A DNA stretch of 64,000 nt, taken from the NCBI GenBank assembly GCA_964016885.1, contig OZ024743.1, positions 175,894,001 to 175,958,000 of the forward strand, written 5' to 3'. This DNA is from Eledone cirrhosa (lineage: Eukaryota). This document shows positions 44,061 to 60,000 of the stretch, piece after piece (the first letter of the stretch is position 1; every line of letters starts with the position of its first letter). The translations under genes and the position numbers were made by a program. The notes below the pieces were generated by a model. The model saw nothing but the letters and a program-made list of their open reading frames with translations. It did not search any database and was not told where the DNA came from.

Positions 44061-44095
44061 TCTTCATGTTTCGGACGCTAGTCCTTCATCAGAAG
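44061..44095 (-). ncRNA. Degenerate hammerhead motif
   Basis: Reverse complement reads ctt CTGATGA aGGAC tagc GTCC GAAA catgaag; helix III/cleavage site altered. Confidence 0.45.
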
Positions 44096-44295
44096 AAATA
44101 ATGAGAAATAAGATAGATTGAGGGGACGGGTGGGATGGAATTGTAAAAAATGTCTTTAGATAAAAACAACAGGTCCATTCATGTTGACATCTCTTGCAAA
44201 ACTGTTGGTGCTGGCATTGTGTATATGATTTATTTTTTTAGAAAAGTGGAGCTCAGCCGTCGGGGTCATGGCTCTTTTCTTATATATTATATATA

Positions 44296-44705
44296 AGTAT
44301 GTACACGTACATACATATATGTATACAGACGTACAGTAGTATGTATATATATATACATACATGCACACATATATATAGGTACGTATGGATTCACCGAACA
44401 TTTTTTATAATGTTCAACTATCTGGCTGGAAGGTATACGTTACTGACGATAACTAATAAGCTTGAAACTAGTACATCGTTCCTTTGTCAGTGTTGAACAA
44501 ACGAGCAACGATGGTTGCCGAGCATTATAATAAATGTTCGGTGAATCCCATACGTACATATATATATGTGTGCATGTATGTATATATATATATATATACA
44601 TACTACTGTACGTCTGTATACATATATGTATGTACGTGTACATACTTATATTTAAGTAACAGCCGTACTAAGAGTGGGAAATGAAATTTCGTTTCATTTT
44701 TCCGT
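44296..44705. mobile_element. Old rearranged copy of the retrozyme-like repeat with a degenerate HHR (44439-44477)
   Basis: CTGACGAtaactaataagcttGAAACTAGTAcatc; inverted ends. Confidence 0.6.
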
Positions 44706-44940
44706 TTAATATATATATAGTCTATATAGGAACAAGTATGACCCCGATAGCAGAGCTCAAGCCCTTTAGACGGCTATTTCTGGACTCTGCAGTCCAGAAA
44801 TAGCCGTTGAAACGGCTTGAGCTCTGCCGTCGGGGTCACACTTGTTCCTATTACCCACTCAACTAACCTAAGTATTGAGTACTTTGGTGCGTTATGGTCC
44901 ATATGGTTCCTTACCACAATTCCTTCGTTATATATATATA

Positions 44941-46224
44941 TTCTTTTGTTTGACCTGTTTTGCTTGCTTCGTTTTTAGGAATAGTAGGATAGTTTTATAG
45001 TGTGTCTGTTAAAAACAGAGTGGTATCTGTGGGCTTTAGGAAAACATTTATCTAGTGCTTTAAAGAAAAGCTTTGCTAAAGGTGTTTTAACGCTTAATGA
45101 GAATGGGGGAGAGTACCAAGTAATAATTTTAGTTCTAGTTTTTTTGTTTGGTTTAGTGTTTAAGTTAATACTAGGATGATATGTTATGTTATTGTTATCT
45201 ATGTATGTAATTCTATTTGAATATCCTACTCCATGTAAAGCTTCATTATAATATTCAGCCTTATCATCAAAACTATTTTTATTAGTGGAGATGCGTGAAA
45301 TCCGTTGTCGGACGCTATTGACAATAGTGTTTTTTAATATTTCTAGGATGATTAGAAGTGATACTTACATAATTTAGATTTTCGTTAATTTTATGGAAAG
45401 GATAGTAAATACCTGTGCTAAGGTTTAAAGTTATATCTAAGAAGTTAACGATTTTGTAATTATTCTCTATTTCTAACTGAAGATTGTAGTTGTTGAAAAA
45501 TTGTATTATGGATTTTCTTTTCCTATTAATTTTACTATTGCTATGGATTTCAGTTAAAAGCAACATATCGTCACGATATAAACCTAAGGTCATCTCAGGC
45601 ATTTTCCTATGCAGTACATTATTAATAAATAATCCAACGAGGTCGGTAAGTTACGCCGAGTCAGATGATCCCATAGTGATATCAACATTGTTTTTTTCAG
45701 TCGGCTCTTGTCCAGAGATGATTATTAAATTCTATTAGTGTTTTACGTGCTGTTAGAATTATATTCATTTCATCACTAGATAGGTCTGTATGTTTAGACG
45801 CGTAGATAAATGTCTTATTAAGTAAGCTAGGGGTAATAGAGGAGTAGTAATTTGCAATATCCATTTGAATGATTTTTTTGTTATGTTTTAATTTTATGTT
45901 ATTGAACCATACTTTAAGTGGTGGTATAATTCTATTTAATATATGTTTGCTAATTATGCCTAAGTCCGATTTAGATGGTGCGATGAGTTTGACTGGTAGT
46001 TCAATTTCAAAATATCTTTTGTAGTCCTTCAGGTTAATTTTCGGTTTTCTAGGTATAAAGGGTTCAGTCCTATTTTGGATGCCTAATTTATAAATAATTT
46101 CAGAAGCTTCTCTATTTAACGTTAAAAGATCATTTGATGTTATTTTGTAGTTTTTACTGAGTTCTTTCAATATAAGGTTATTATATTCACACAACTTTCG
46201 ACTAAAATAATGGATCTCACACAA
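44941..46224 (-). pseudogene. Second Hydra-type PLE reverse transcriptase relic
   Basis: LKDYKRYF..LIAPSKSDLGIISKHILN, QMDIANYYSSI, DITMGSSDSA, LGLYRDDML, IVNFLDITLNL, SNHPRNI; frameshifted. Confidence 0.85.
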
Positions 46225-46972
46225 AATAATATATAATTTTCTCTATATATTTTGGAGTAAATAATTCATCTAATTTAATGGTTAACAAACAAAATTGGAG
46301 TTATCTTTCTTTTCTCAATCGTGCAAACATAAACATATTATGTTTGATAATCTGTATAGCTTCGCTAAATTAACAATATTCTGAAAACATTTTGAATGTT
46401 AAACAAAATTTTTGAATCCAAAATTATTCTACTCTCACAACTTGAACCACCTATTTTTAAGTAAAATACAAAATCAACATCATTCGTAACTCATATTTGA
46501 TATATAAACAACTAATAATTATAAATTATCTCTATCTCTATAATACTAATACATACGCAATTATTAATATATATAGATATTTATATACATATAACCTATT
46601 GTAATGTAATAAGATAAAAATACTTACAACCATAATTCTTCATATAATCTAATTGAATATATATATATAATATTATAACTCATAATATAGGTAAATAAAA
46701 TGTTTTCCCCCAAATTAACGTAAATGCTAGCTCTTCTTCCTTTCTCTTCTTTCCTATGCATACAATAACTTATGATGATTATTTAAATTTTCCATAGCGT
46801 CTAAGATAACGTTTTGTTTCAGCCTTTTGCCCTAAACGTCATTTGCATACTTATCTTAATAATTTGAAATATCTGACTTTTCTTCTCTTATCCCTTCACT
46901 ATCCAAGGATAACTTGAACCGTTAAGGTATATTCTCCTTGGTTATGTCAAAATTTATAAAACACACTGCGTA

Positions 46973-47029
46973 TTTTATCTGATGATAGCGTACCAAAATT
47001 TTGGTACCCTTGAAATATATATAATAGAA
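46973..47029 (+). ncRNA. Type I hammerhead (family B), intact core
   Basis: ttttat CTGATGA tagcGTACCAAA at TTTGGTACcctt GAA ATATATAT A atagaa, overlapping AATAAA; 6-bp helix I. Confidence 0.7.
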
Positions 47030-47318
47030 TAAATACGGTTTTATAAATATAGTTTCCATTTATTTAATATAATTGTATATATATATAAATTTTAGTACAG
47101 CATTAACGAAGCTTTAGGCTGCGGCTAAGCTAACGAATGCAGATTCGGAATATAGCTTTAGCGCTCGATGGAGGATAATACCCTTGAGTTATAACAATAC
47201 GTTTAGACAGCTTTGCAAATCAAATATAGCGATCGGCAGTCCAGCGGCATTGCCATAGCAACGAAAAAGACTGAACTCAGGGAAAGATTTTTGACTGACC
47301 TGGACCATCGCGCGGAGA

Positions 47319-48180
<862 letters not shown>

Positions 48181-48295
48181 TTGTATACATTATATATTCC
48201 ACGCGGTTATACAAAACAACTTTCCATTTAGATACGATTCAAAAATTAGAGTGAATGATAGTAGTAGTAGCAACAGCAACAGCAACAGCAGCAGC

Positions 48296-48326
<31 letters not shown>

Positions 48327-48683
48327 ATTGTTATTACTAGAATCATCGTTAGTATTATGGTCGTGTTTCAGCTTCTCACCAATCCTTCATTTTTTATTTT
48401 TCCATCGTGTACTTCCGTCTTCAAAGTTTACACAAAGGGTTAGTTTATTTTAACGCTATTATTTCAATTTGGGTCATTCATAATCTTCAGTTTGAAATGC
48501 CAAATTCATTTCCATAATTGAATTGAAATATAAAATATAGCGATGGAATGTTCTTTGACATTCAGATGATATGTCAGCCGATTCTAAAGATTTTGGTTTA
48601 AAATAGTCAGATTTCAATAATTTACTCTCCTATTACGATACAAAATACTCTGGATTGTACACACGCACACACAGACACACATG

Positions 48684-48734
<51 letters not shown>

Positions 48735-49889
48735 GCCCATACACACACATATATATATATTAACAAAAATTTACGAAGCGTAATACGAATTTGAAATTTA
48801 GAAAGTACGCTAGATTGTAAATGTTGCGACAATAAATGTTTATATATAAAATAGTTGAATAAGTCGAGTAATTAAATTCGTGGAATAGGAAATATGTGGG
48901 CAGTGAAGCCTGTGGGAATTGAACTTATTACTGCCATATGCCAAACAGTTCTTTACCATTACACCGAAGCGCGTCCGGTTGCTATATTCTCTTTTACTCT
49001 TTTACCTGTTCCAGCCATCCGGCTGAGGTCATGCTGGGGCACCACCCATGTATCCGTATATTTTGTAAGCTTTGGCTCTCATGTAGCAATACAAACAACC
49101 AGGGTGTCAAATTATCTCTGTGCTTCGTGAAATCATTAATTAACGATATATCATTTGGCTTGATAATGTCAACTTATGGACTGGACTTTATCTTTGCTCT
49201 TTAAACTCTGCTGCTGGTGATCGAACTTTGTGAAGAAGAATATCTCATGTTGCGCAGTCTGCATCTGGCGGAGTTTAACGTTACAAGAAGAAGATATTTC
49301 CTTCGCTTACAGGGTTTAATAAGGTTGAAATAAGTCGGAGTTGTCTCCCATATTTACAGGAATGGTTAATATATTACGATCAGTAATCGTGTAAGTGTTC
49401 CTCCTGTTTTAAATATTGCCAGTTATGTTTTTTTATGCTGTGCTTAGAATATGTTAATCCCTATTTAAAAGTAGATGAACTAAGCAACCATATTTCTTAC
49501 TATTCTCTTTACACTATTTACATCGATTTTTAACTTTAGTTCACTGACATACAATATCAAATGCCATCTATGCCTATGGCATCAGTATAGAATTGTAGAA
49601 TACTAATTGAATGTAGAATTGAACATTTTACCTTATGTTGAAGTGTTGCTACGTTTAGAGTATTAAATTATAAACAACTTTATATCGACCCCTATACTTA
49701 TTTGTTCAAATCTAGTATATATTCCATTGAACACTTTTTGTCAAACCGGCAAATTATCAGTCATAAGCACACATGCATATACCCCCCCCCCCACACACAC
49801 ACAAATACACATAAATGTATATATATATGTATATATATATGTATATATATATGTATATAAATGACAAGCTGCTGCAGTTTTCCCTCTAT

Positions 49890-50030
49890 CAAGTTCCACT
49901 CACAAGACATTGGTCAACCTGAGGGTATAGTAGAAGACACATGCTCAAGAGCTTCGCGGTGAGACTGAACAGGAGCCTGGAACTACTAAGGTGGGAAATG
50001 AAGTCCTTAACCACACAGCCATGCCTGGGC
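49890..50030 (-). mobile_element. tRNA-derived SINE of the abundant octopus type
   Basis: Reverse complement reads caggcatggctgtgtggttaag..gttcagtc..ttgagcatgtgtcttctactata..gaccaatgtcttgtgagtggaa. Confidence 0.65.
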
Positions 50031-50651
50031 CTTTCAATGGGTTTTAAACAACAGACAAGATAACGAAATACGATGCCATACGAAAGGGTGATGGTGAGAA
50101 GATGAGGCAAAAAGTACTCCTCTCACACACCCTAAAAAATATAACCCTGCCATCCTCAAATTGCTTCACTCACCATATAAAATAACCCTACCACCCCGCA
50201 AAAATTAATCCTTCCGCAACTCAAAAGCAACAACCCACCCCCGAAAAGGTAACATGTCCGCTCCTAGCAAATAACCCTCGACCCCTTCCCCCACACCACC
50301 CCTAAAAAAGGACCTCTTCTTCCCCAATAGTAACTCTTCCACTTTCTCAAAACTCCATTCCCCAAAAGTTCATCGCACACCCTACCAATATTACATTTCC
50401 CAGTCCCTTACCATAAGTATCCCTGCCAAATCGCTAAAGTAACCCCTCACATCTGCCCAAAGTATTCCTTCCACCCTACCCCAGGCCCCAGACTACCCCA
50501 CTCACACCCCTAAATTATAAAGAAGAAACAAAAGCTACAAATATATTACTGTTTACATCAATTGTCTAAAATTCTGGTTAAAAATAAATGTTTATTGAAC
50601 AAAGTGATTTGAAATAATTGAATTGTTTGGTTTAAAACAAACAAACAAATG

Positions 50652-51079
<428 letters not shown>

Positions 51080-51080
<1 letters not shown>

Positions 51081-54000
51081 AGCAACAACCCTGTAACAGT
51101 AGTAATAACAGCATTAACATTAGACACAGTAGCAGTATCAACAGCAGTAGTAACAGCAACAGAAGTAGTAGTAACAACCCAGTAACAGTAGTAATAACAG
51201 CATTAACATTAGACACAGTAGCAGTAACAACAGCAGTAGTAACAGCAACAGTAGCAGTAGCAACAACCCTGTAACAGTAGTAATAACAGCATTAACATTA
51301 GACACAGTAGCAGTAACAACAGCAGTAGTAACAACAGCAGTAGTAGTAGTAACAACCCAGTAACAGTAGTAATAACAGCATTAACATTAGACACAGTAGC
51401 AGTAACAACAGCAGTAGTAACAGCAACAGTAGCAGTAGCAACAACCCTGTAACAGTAGTAATAACAGCATTAACATTAGACACAGTAGCAGTAACAACAG
51501 CAGTAGTAACAGCAACAGTAGCAGTAGTAACAACCCAGTAACAGTAGTAATAACAGCATTAACATTAGACACAGTAGCAGTAACAACAGCAGTAGTAACA
51601 GCAACAGTAGTAGTAGTAACAACCCTGTAACAGTAGTAATAACAGCATTAACATTAGACACAGTAGCAGTAACAACAGCAGTAGTAACAACAACAGTAGT
51701 AGTAGTAACAACCCAGTAACAGTAGTAATAACAGCATTAACATTAGACACAGTAGCAGTAACAACAGCAGTAGTAACAGCAACAGTAGTAGTAGTAACAA
51801 CCCAGTAACAGTAGTAATAACAGCATTAACATTAGACACAGTAGCAGTAACAACAGCAGTAGTAACAACAACAGTAGCAGTACCAACAACCCAGTAACAG
51901 TAGTAATAACAGCATTAACATTAGACACAGTAGCAGTAACAACAGCAGTAGTAACAGCAACAGTAGTAGTAGTAACAACAGCAGTAACAGTAGTAATAAC
52001 AGCATTAACATTAGACACAGTAGCAGTATCAACAGCAGTAGTAACAGCAACAGTAGTAGTACCAACAACCCAGTAACAGTAGTAATAACAGCATTAACAT
52101 TAGACACAGTAGCAGTAACAACAGCAGTAGTAACAGCAACAGTAGCAGTAGTAACAACCCAGTAACAGTAGTAATAACAGCATTAACATTAGACACAGTA
52201 GCAGTAACAACAGCAGTAGTAACAGCAACAGTAGCAGTAGTAACAACAGCAGTAACAGTAGTAATAACAGCATTAACATTAGACACAGTAGCAGTATCAA
52301 CAGCAGTATTAACAGCAACAGTAGTAGTAGTAACAACCCAGTAACAGTAGTAATAACAGCATTAACATTAGACACAGTAGCAGTAACAACAGCAGTAGTA
52401 ACAGCAACAGTAGTAGTAGTAACAACAGCAGTAACAGTAGTAATAACAGCAACAGTAGCAGTAGTAACAACCCAGTAACAGTAGTAATAACAGCATTAAC
52501 ATTAGACACAGTAGCAGTAACAACAGCAGTAGTAACAACCACAGTAGTAGTAGTAACAACCCTGTAACAGTAGTAATAACAGCATTAACATTAGACACAG
52601 TAGCAGTAACAACAGCAGTAGTAACAGCAACACTAGCAGTACCAACAACCCAGTAACAGTAGTAATAACAGCATTAACATTAGACACAGTAGCAGTAACA
52701 ACAGCAGTAGTAACAGCAACAGTAGTAGTAGTAACAACAGCAGTAACAGTAGTAATAACAGCATTAACATTAGACACAGTAGCAGTAACAACAGCAGTAG
52801 TAACAGCAACAGTAGCAGTAGTAACAACAGCAGTAACAGTAGTAATAACAGCATTAACATTAGACACAGTAGCAGTAACAACAGCAGTAGTAACAGCAAC
52901 AGTAGCAGTAGTAACAACCCAGTAACAGTAGTAATAACAGCATTAACATTAGACACAGTAGCTGTAACAACAGCAGTAGTAACAACAACAGTAGTAGTAG
53001 CAACAACCCTGTAACAGTAGTAATAACAGCATTAACATTAGACACAGTAGCAGTAACAACAGCAGTAGTAACAGCAACAGTAGCAGTACCAACAACCCAG
53101 TAACAGTAGTAATAACAGCATTAACATTAGACACAGTAGCAGTAACAACAGCAGTATTAACAACAACAGTAGTAGTAGTAACAACCCTGTAACAGTAGTA
53201 ATAACAGCATTAACATTAGACCCAGTAGCAGTAACAACAGCAGTAGTAACAGCAACAGTAGCAGTAGTAACAACCCAGTAACAGTAGTAATAACAGCATT
53301 AACATTAGACACAGTAGCAGTAACAACAGCAGTAGTAACAGCAACCGTAGCAGTAGTAACAACAGCAGTAACAGTAGTAATAACAGCATTAACATTAGAC
53401 ACAGTAGCTGTAACAACAGCAGTAGAAACAACAACAGTAGTAGTAGTAACAACCCTGTAACAGTAGTAATAACAGCATTAACATTAGACACAGTAGCAGT
53501 AACAACAGCAGTAGTAACAGCAACAGTAGCAGTAGTAACAACCCAGTAACAGTAGTAATAACAGCATTAACATTAGACACAGTAGCAGTAACAACAGCAG
53601 TAGTAACAACAACAGTAGTAGTAGTAACAACCCAGTAACAGTAGTAATAACAGCATTAACATTAGACACAGTAGCAGTAACAACAGCAGTAGTAACGGCA
53701 ACATAGAAGTAGTAACAACCCAGTAACAATAGTAATAACAGCATTAACATTAGACACAGTAGCAGTAACAACAGCATTAGTAACAGCAACAGTAGCAGAA
53801 GTAACAACTCAGTAACAGTAGTAATAACAGCATTAACATTAGACATAGTAGCAGTAACAACAGCAGTAGTAACAGCAATAGTAGCAGTACCAACAACCCA
53901 GTAACAGTAGTAGTAACAGCATTAACATTAGACACAGTAGCAGTAACAACAGCAGTAGTAACAGCAACAGTAGCAGTAGTAACAACCCAGTAACAGTAGT

Positions 54001-57000
54001 AATAACAGCATTAACATTAGACACAGTAGCAGTAACAACAGCAGTAGTAACAACAACAGTAGTAGTAGTAACAACCCTGTAACAGTAGTAATAACAGCAT
54101 TAACATTAGACACAGTAGCAGTAACAACAGCAGTAGTAACAACAACAGTAGCAGTAGTAACAACCCAATAACAGTAGTAATAACAGCATTAAAATTAGAC
54201 ACAGTAGCAGTAACAACAGCAGTAGTAACAGCAACAGTAGCAGTAGTAACAACCCTGTAACAGTAGTAATAACAGCATTAACATTAGACACAGTAGCAGT
54301 AACAACAGCACTAGTAACAGCAACAGTAGTAGTAGTAACAACCCAATAACAGTAGTAATAACAGCATTAACATTAGACACAGTAGCAGTAACAACAGCAG
54401 TAGTAACAGCAACAGTAGTAGTAGTAACAACCCAATAACAGTAGTAATAACAGCATTAACATTAGACACAGTAGCAGTAACAACAGCAGTAGTAACAGCA
54501 ACAGTAGTAGTAGTAACAACCCAATAACAGTAGTAATAACAGCATTAACATTAGACACAGTAGCAGTAACAACAGCAGTAGTAACAGCAACAGTAGTAGT
54601 AGTAACAACACAATAACAGTAGTAATAACAGCATTAACATTAGACACAGTAGCAGTAACAACAGCAGTAGTAACAGCAACAGTAGTAGTAGTAACAACCC
54701 AGTAACAGTAGTAATAACAGCATTAACATTAGACACAGTAGCAGTAACAACAGCAGTAGTAACAGCAACAGTAGTAGTAGTAACAACCCAATAACAGTAG
54801 TAATAACAGCATTAACATTAGACACAGTAGCAGTAACAACAGCAGTAGTAACAGCAACAATAGTAGTAGTAACAACCCTGTAACAGTAGTAATAACAGCA
54901 TTAACATTAGACACAGTAGCAGTAACAACAGCAGTAGTAACAGCAACAGTAGTAGTAGTAACAATCCTGTAACAGTAGTAATAACAGCATTAACATTAGA
55001 CACAGTAGCAGTAACAACAGCAGTAGTAACAGCAACAGTAGCAGTAGTAACAACCCAATAACAGTAGTAATAACAGCATTAACATTAGACACAGTAGCAG
55101 TAACAACAGCAGTAGTAACAGCAACAGTAGTAGTAGTAACAACAGCAGTAACAGTAGTAATAACAGCATTAACATTAGACACAGTAGCAGTAACAACAGC
55201 AGTAGTCACAGCAACAGTAGTAGTAGTAACAACCCTGTAACAGTAGTAATAACAGCATTAACATTAGACACAGTAGCAGTAACAACAGCAGTAGTAACAG
55301 CAACAGTAGCAGTAGTAACAACAGCAGTAACAGTAGTAATAACAGCATTAACATTAGACACAGTAGCAGTAACAACAGCAGTAGTAACAACAACAGTAGT
55401 AATAGTAACAACCCAGTAACAGTAGTAATAACAGCATTAACATTAGACACAGTAGCAGTAACAACAGCAGTAGTAACAACAACAGTAGCAGTAGTAACAA
55501 CAGCAGTAACAGTAGTAATAACAGCATTAAAATTAGACACAGTAGCAGTAACAACAGCAGTAGTAACAGCAACAGTAGTAGTAGTAACAACCCTGTAACA
55601 GTAGTAATAACAGCATTAACATAAGACACAGTAGCAGTAACAACAGCAGTAGTAACAGCAACAGTAGCAGTACCAACAACCCAGTAACAGTAGCAATAAC
55701 AGCATTAACATTAGACACAGTAGCAGTAACAACAGCTGTAGTAACAGCAACAGTAGTAGTAGTAACAACCCTGTAACAGTAGTAATAACAGCATTAACAT
55801 TAGACACAGTAGCAGTAACAACAGCAGTAGTAACAACAACAGTAGTAGTAGTAACAACCCTGTAACAGTAGTAATAACAGCATTAACATTAGAGACATTA
55901 GCAGTAACAACAGCAGTAGTAACAACAACAGTAGCAGTAGTAACAACCCAGTAACAGTAGTAATAACAGCATTAACATTAGACACAGTAGCAGTAACAAC
56001 AGCAGTAGTAACAGCAACAGTAGCAGTAGTAACAACCTTGTAACAGTAGTAATAACAGCATTAACATTAGACACAGTAGCAGTAACAACAGCAGTAGTAA
56101 CAGCAACAGTAGCAGTAGTAACAACCCTGTAACAGTAGTAATAACAGCATTAATATTAGACACAGTAGCAGTAACAACAGCAGTAGTAACAGCAACAGTA
56201 GCAGTAGTAACAACCCTGTAACAGTAGTAATAACAGCATTAACATTAGACACAGTAGCAGTAACAACAGCAGTAGTAACAGCAACAGTAGTAGTAGTAAC
56301 AACCCTGTAACAGTAGTAGTAGTAACAACCCTGTAACAGTAGTAATAACAGCATTAACATTAGACACAGTAGCAGTAACAACAGCAGTAGTAACAACAAC
56401 AGTAGCAGTAGTAACAACCCAGTAACAGTAGTAATAACAGCATTAACATTAGAGACAGTAGCAGTAACAACAGCAGTAGTAACAGCAACATTAGCAGTAG
56501 TAACAACCCTGTAACAGTAGTAATAACAGCATTAACATTAGACACAGTAGCAGTAACACAGCAGTAGTAACAGCAACAGTAGCAGTAGTAACAAACCTGT
56601 AACAGTAGTAATAACAGCATTAACATTAGACACAGTAGCAGTAACAACAGCAGTAGTAACAACAACAGTAGCAGTAGTAACAACCCTGTAACAGTAGTAA
56701 TAACAGCATTAACGTTAGACACAGTAGCAGTAACAACAGCAGTAGTAACAGCAACAGTAGCAGTAGTAACAACCCTGTAACAGTAGTAATAACAGCATTA
56801 ACATTAGACACAGTAGCAGTAACAACAGCAGTAGTAACAGCAACAGTAGTAGTAGTAACAACCCTGTAACAGTAGTAATAACAGCATTAACATTAGACAC
56901 AGTAGCAGTAACGACAGCAGTAGTAACAACAACAGTAGTAGTAGTAACAACCCTGTAACCGTAGTAATAACAGCATTAACATTAGACACAGTAGCAGTAA

Positions 57001-60000
57001 CAACAGCAGTAGTAACAACAACAGTAGCAGTAGTAACAACCCTGTAACAGTAGTAATAACAGCATTAACATTAGACACACTAGCAGTAACAACAGCAGTA
57101 GTAACAGCAACAGTAGCAGTAGTAACAGCAGCAGTAACAGTAGTAATAACAGCATTAACATTAGACACAGTAGCAGTAACAACAGCAGTAGTAACAGCAA
57201 CATTAGCAGTAGTAACAACCCAGTAACAGTAGTAATAACAGCATTAACATTAGACACAGTAGCAGTAACAACAGCAGTAGTAACAACAACAGTAGTAGTA
57301 GTAACAACCCTGTAACAGTAGTAATAACAGCATTAACATTAGACACAGTAGCAGTAACAACAGCAGTAGTAACAACAACAGTAGCAGTAGTAACAACCCA
57401 ATAACAGTAGTAATAACAGCATTAAAATTAGACACAGTAGCAGTAACAACAGCAGTAGTAACAGCAACAGTAGCAGTAGTAACAACCCTGTAACAGTAGT
57501 AATAACAGCATTAACATTAGACACAGTAGCAGTAACAACAGCACTAGTAACAGCAACAGTAGTAGTAGTAACAACCCAATAACAGTAGTAATAACAGCAT
57601 TAACTTTAGACACAGTAGCAGTAACAACAGCAGTAGTAACAGCAACAGTAGTAGTAGTAACAACCCAATAACAGTAGTAATAACAGCATTAACATTAGAC
57701 ACAGTAGCAGTAACAACAGCAGTAGTAACAGCAACAGTAGTAGTAGTAACAACCCTGTAACAGTAGTAATAACAGCATTAACATTAGACACAGTAGCAGT
57801 AACGACAGCAGTAGTAACAACAACAGTAGTAGTAGTAACAACCCTGTAACCGTAGTAATAACAGCATTAACATTAGACACAGTAGCAGTAACAACAGCAG
57901 TAGTAACAACAACAGTAGCAGTAGTAACAACCCTGTAACAGTAGTAATAACAGCATTAACATTAGACACACTAGCAGTAACAACAGCAGTAGTAACAGCA
58001 ACAGTAGCAGTAGTAACATCAGCAGTAACAGTAGTAATAACAGCATTAACATTAGACACAGTAGCAGTAACAACAGCAGTAGTAACAGCAACATTAGCAG
58101 TAGTAACAACCCAGTAACAGTAGTAATAACAGCATTAACATTAGACACAGTAGCAGTAACAACAGCAGTAGTAACAGCAACAGTAGTAGTAGTAACAACC
58201 CAATAACAGTAGTAATAACAGCATTAACATTAGACACAGTAGCAGTAACAACAGCAGTAGTAACAGCAACAGTAGTAGTAGTAACAACCCAATAACAGTA
58301 GTAATAACAGCATTAACATTAGACACAGTAGCAGTAACAACAGCAGTAGTAACAGCAACAGTAGTAGTAGTAACAACCCAGTAACAGTAGTAATAACAGC
58401 ATTAACATTAGACACAGTAGCAGTAACAACAGCAGTAGTAACAGCAACAGTAGTAGTAGTAACAACCCAATAACAGTAGTAATAACAGCATTAACATTAG
58501 ACACAGTAGCAGTAACAACAGCAGTAGTAACAGCAACAATAGTGGTAGTAACAACCCTGCAACAGTAGTAATAACAGCATTAACATTAGACACAGTAGCA
58601 GTAACAACAGCAGTAGTAACAGCAACAGTAGTAGTAGTAACAACCCTGTAACAGTAGTAATAACAGCATTAACATTAGACACAGTAGCAGTAACAACAGC
58701 AGTAGTAACAGCAACAGTAGCAGTAGTAACAACCCAATAACAGTAGTAATAACAGCATTAACATTAGACACAGTAGCAGTAACAACAGCAGTAGTAACAG
58801 CAACAGTAGTAGTAGTAACAACAGCAGTAACAGTAGTAATAACAGCATTAACATTAGACACAGTAGCAGTAACAACAGCACTAGTCACAGCAACAGTAGT
58901 AGTAGTAACAACCCTGTAACAGTAGTAATAACAGCATTAACATTAGACACAGTAGCAGTAACAACAGCAGTAGTAACAGCAACAGTAGCAGTAGTAACAA
59001 CAGCAGTAAGAGTAGTAATAACAGCATTAACATTAGACACAGTAGCAGTAACAACAGCAGTAGTAACAACAACAGTAGTAATAGTAACAACCCAGTAACA
59101 GTAGTAATAACAGCATTAACATTAGACACAGTAGCAGTAACAACAGCAGTAGTAACAACAACAGTAGCAGTAGTAACAACAGCAGTAACAGTAGTAATAA
59201 CAGCATTAAAATTAGACACAGTAGCAGTAACAACAGCAGTAGTAACAGCAACAGTAGTAGTAGTAACAACCCTGTAACAGTAGTAATAACAGCATTAACA
59301 TAAGACACAGTAGCAGTAACAACAGCAGTAGTAACAGCAACAGTAGCAGTACCAACAACCCAGTAACAGTAGCAATAACAGCATTAACATTAGACACAGT
59401 AGCAGTAACAACAGCTGTAGTAACAGCAACAGTAGTAGTAGTAACAACCCTGTAACAGTAGTAATAACAGCATTAACATTAGACACAGTAGCAGTAACAA
59501 CAGCAGTAGTAACAACAACAGTAGTAGTAGTAACAACCCTGTAACAGTAGTAATAACAGCATTAACATTAGAGACATTAGCAGTAACAACAGCAGTAGTA
59601 ACAACAACAGTAGCAGTAGTAACAACCCAGTAACAGTAGTAATAACAGCATTAACATTAGACACAGTAGCAGTAACAACAGCAGTAGTAACAGCAACAGT
59701 AGCAGTAGTAACAACCCTGTAACAGTAGTAATAACAGCATTAACATTAGACACAGTAGCAGTAACAACAGCAGTAGTAACAGCAACAGTAGCAGTAGTAA
59801 CAACCCTGTAACAGTAGTAATAACAGCATTAATATTAGACACAGTAGCAGTAACAACAGCAGTAGTAACAGCAACAGTAGCAGTAGTAACAACCCTGTAA
59901 CAGTAGTAATAACAGCATTAACATTAGACACAGTAGCAGTAACAACAGCAGTAGTAACAGCAACAGTAGTAGTAGTAACAACCCTGTAACAGTAGTAGTA

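Noticed and set aside
50120-50510. C-rich stretch with scattered TAACCC, suggesting telomeric repeats
   Set aside because: The motifs are isolated and not tandem, so there is no true (TTAGGG)n array.
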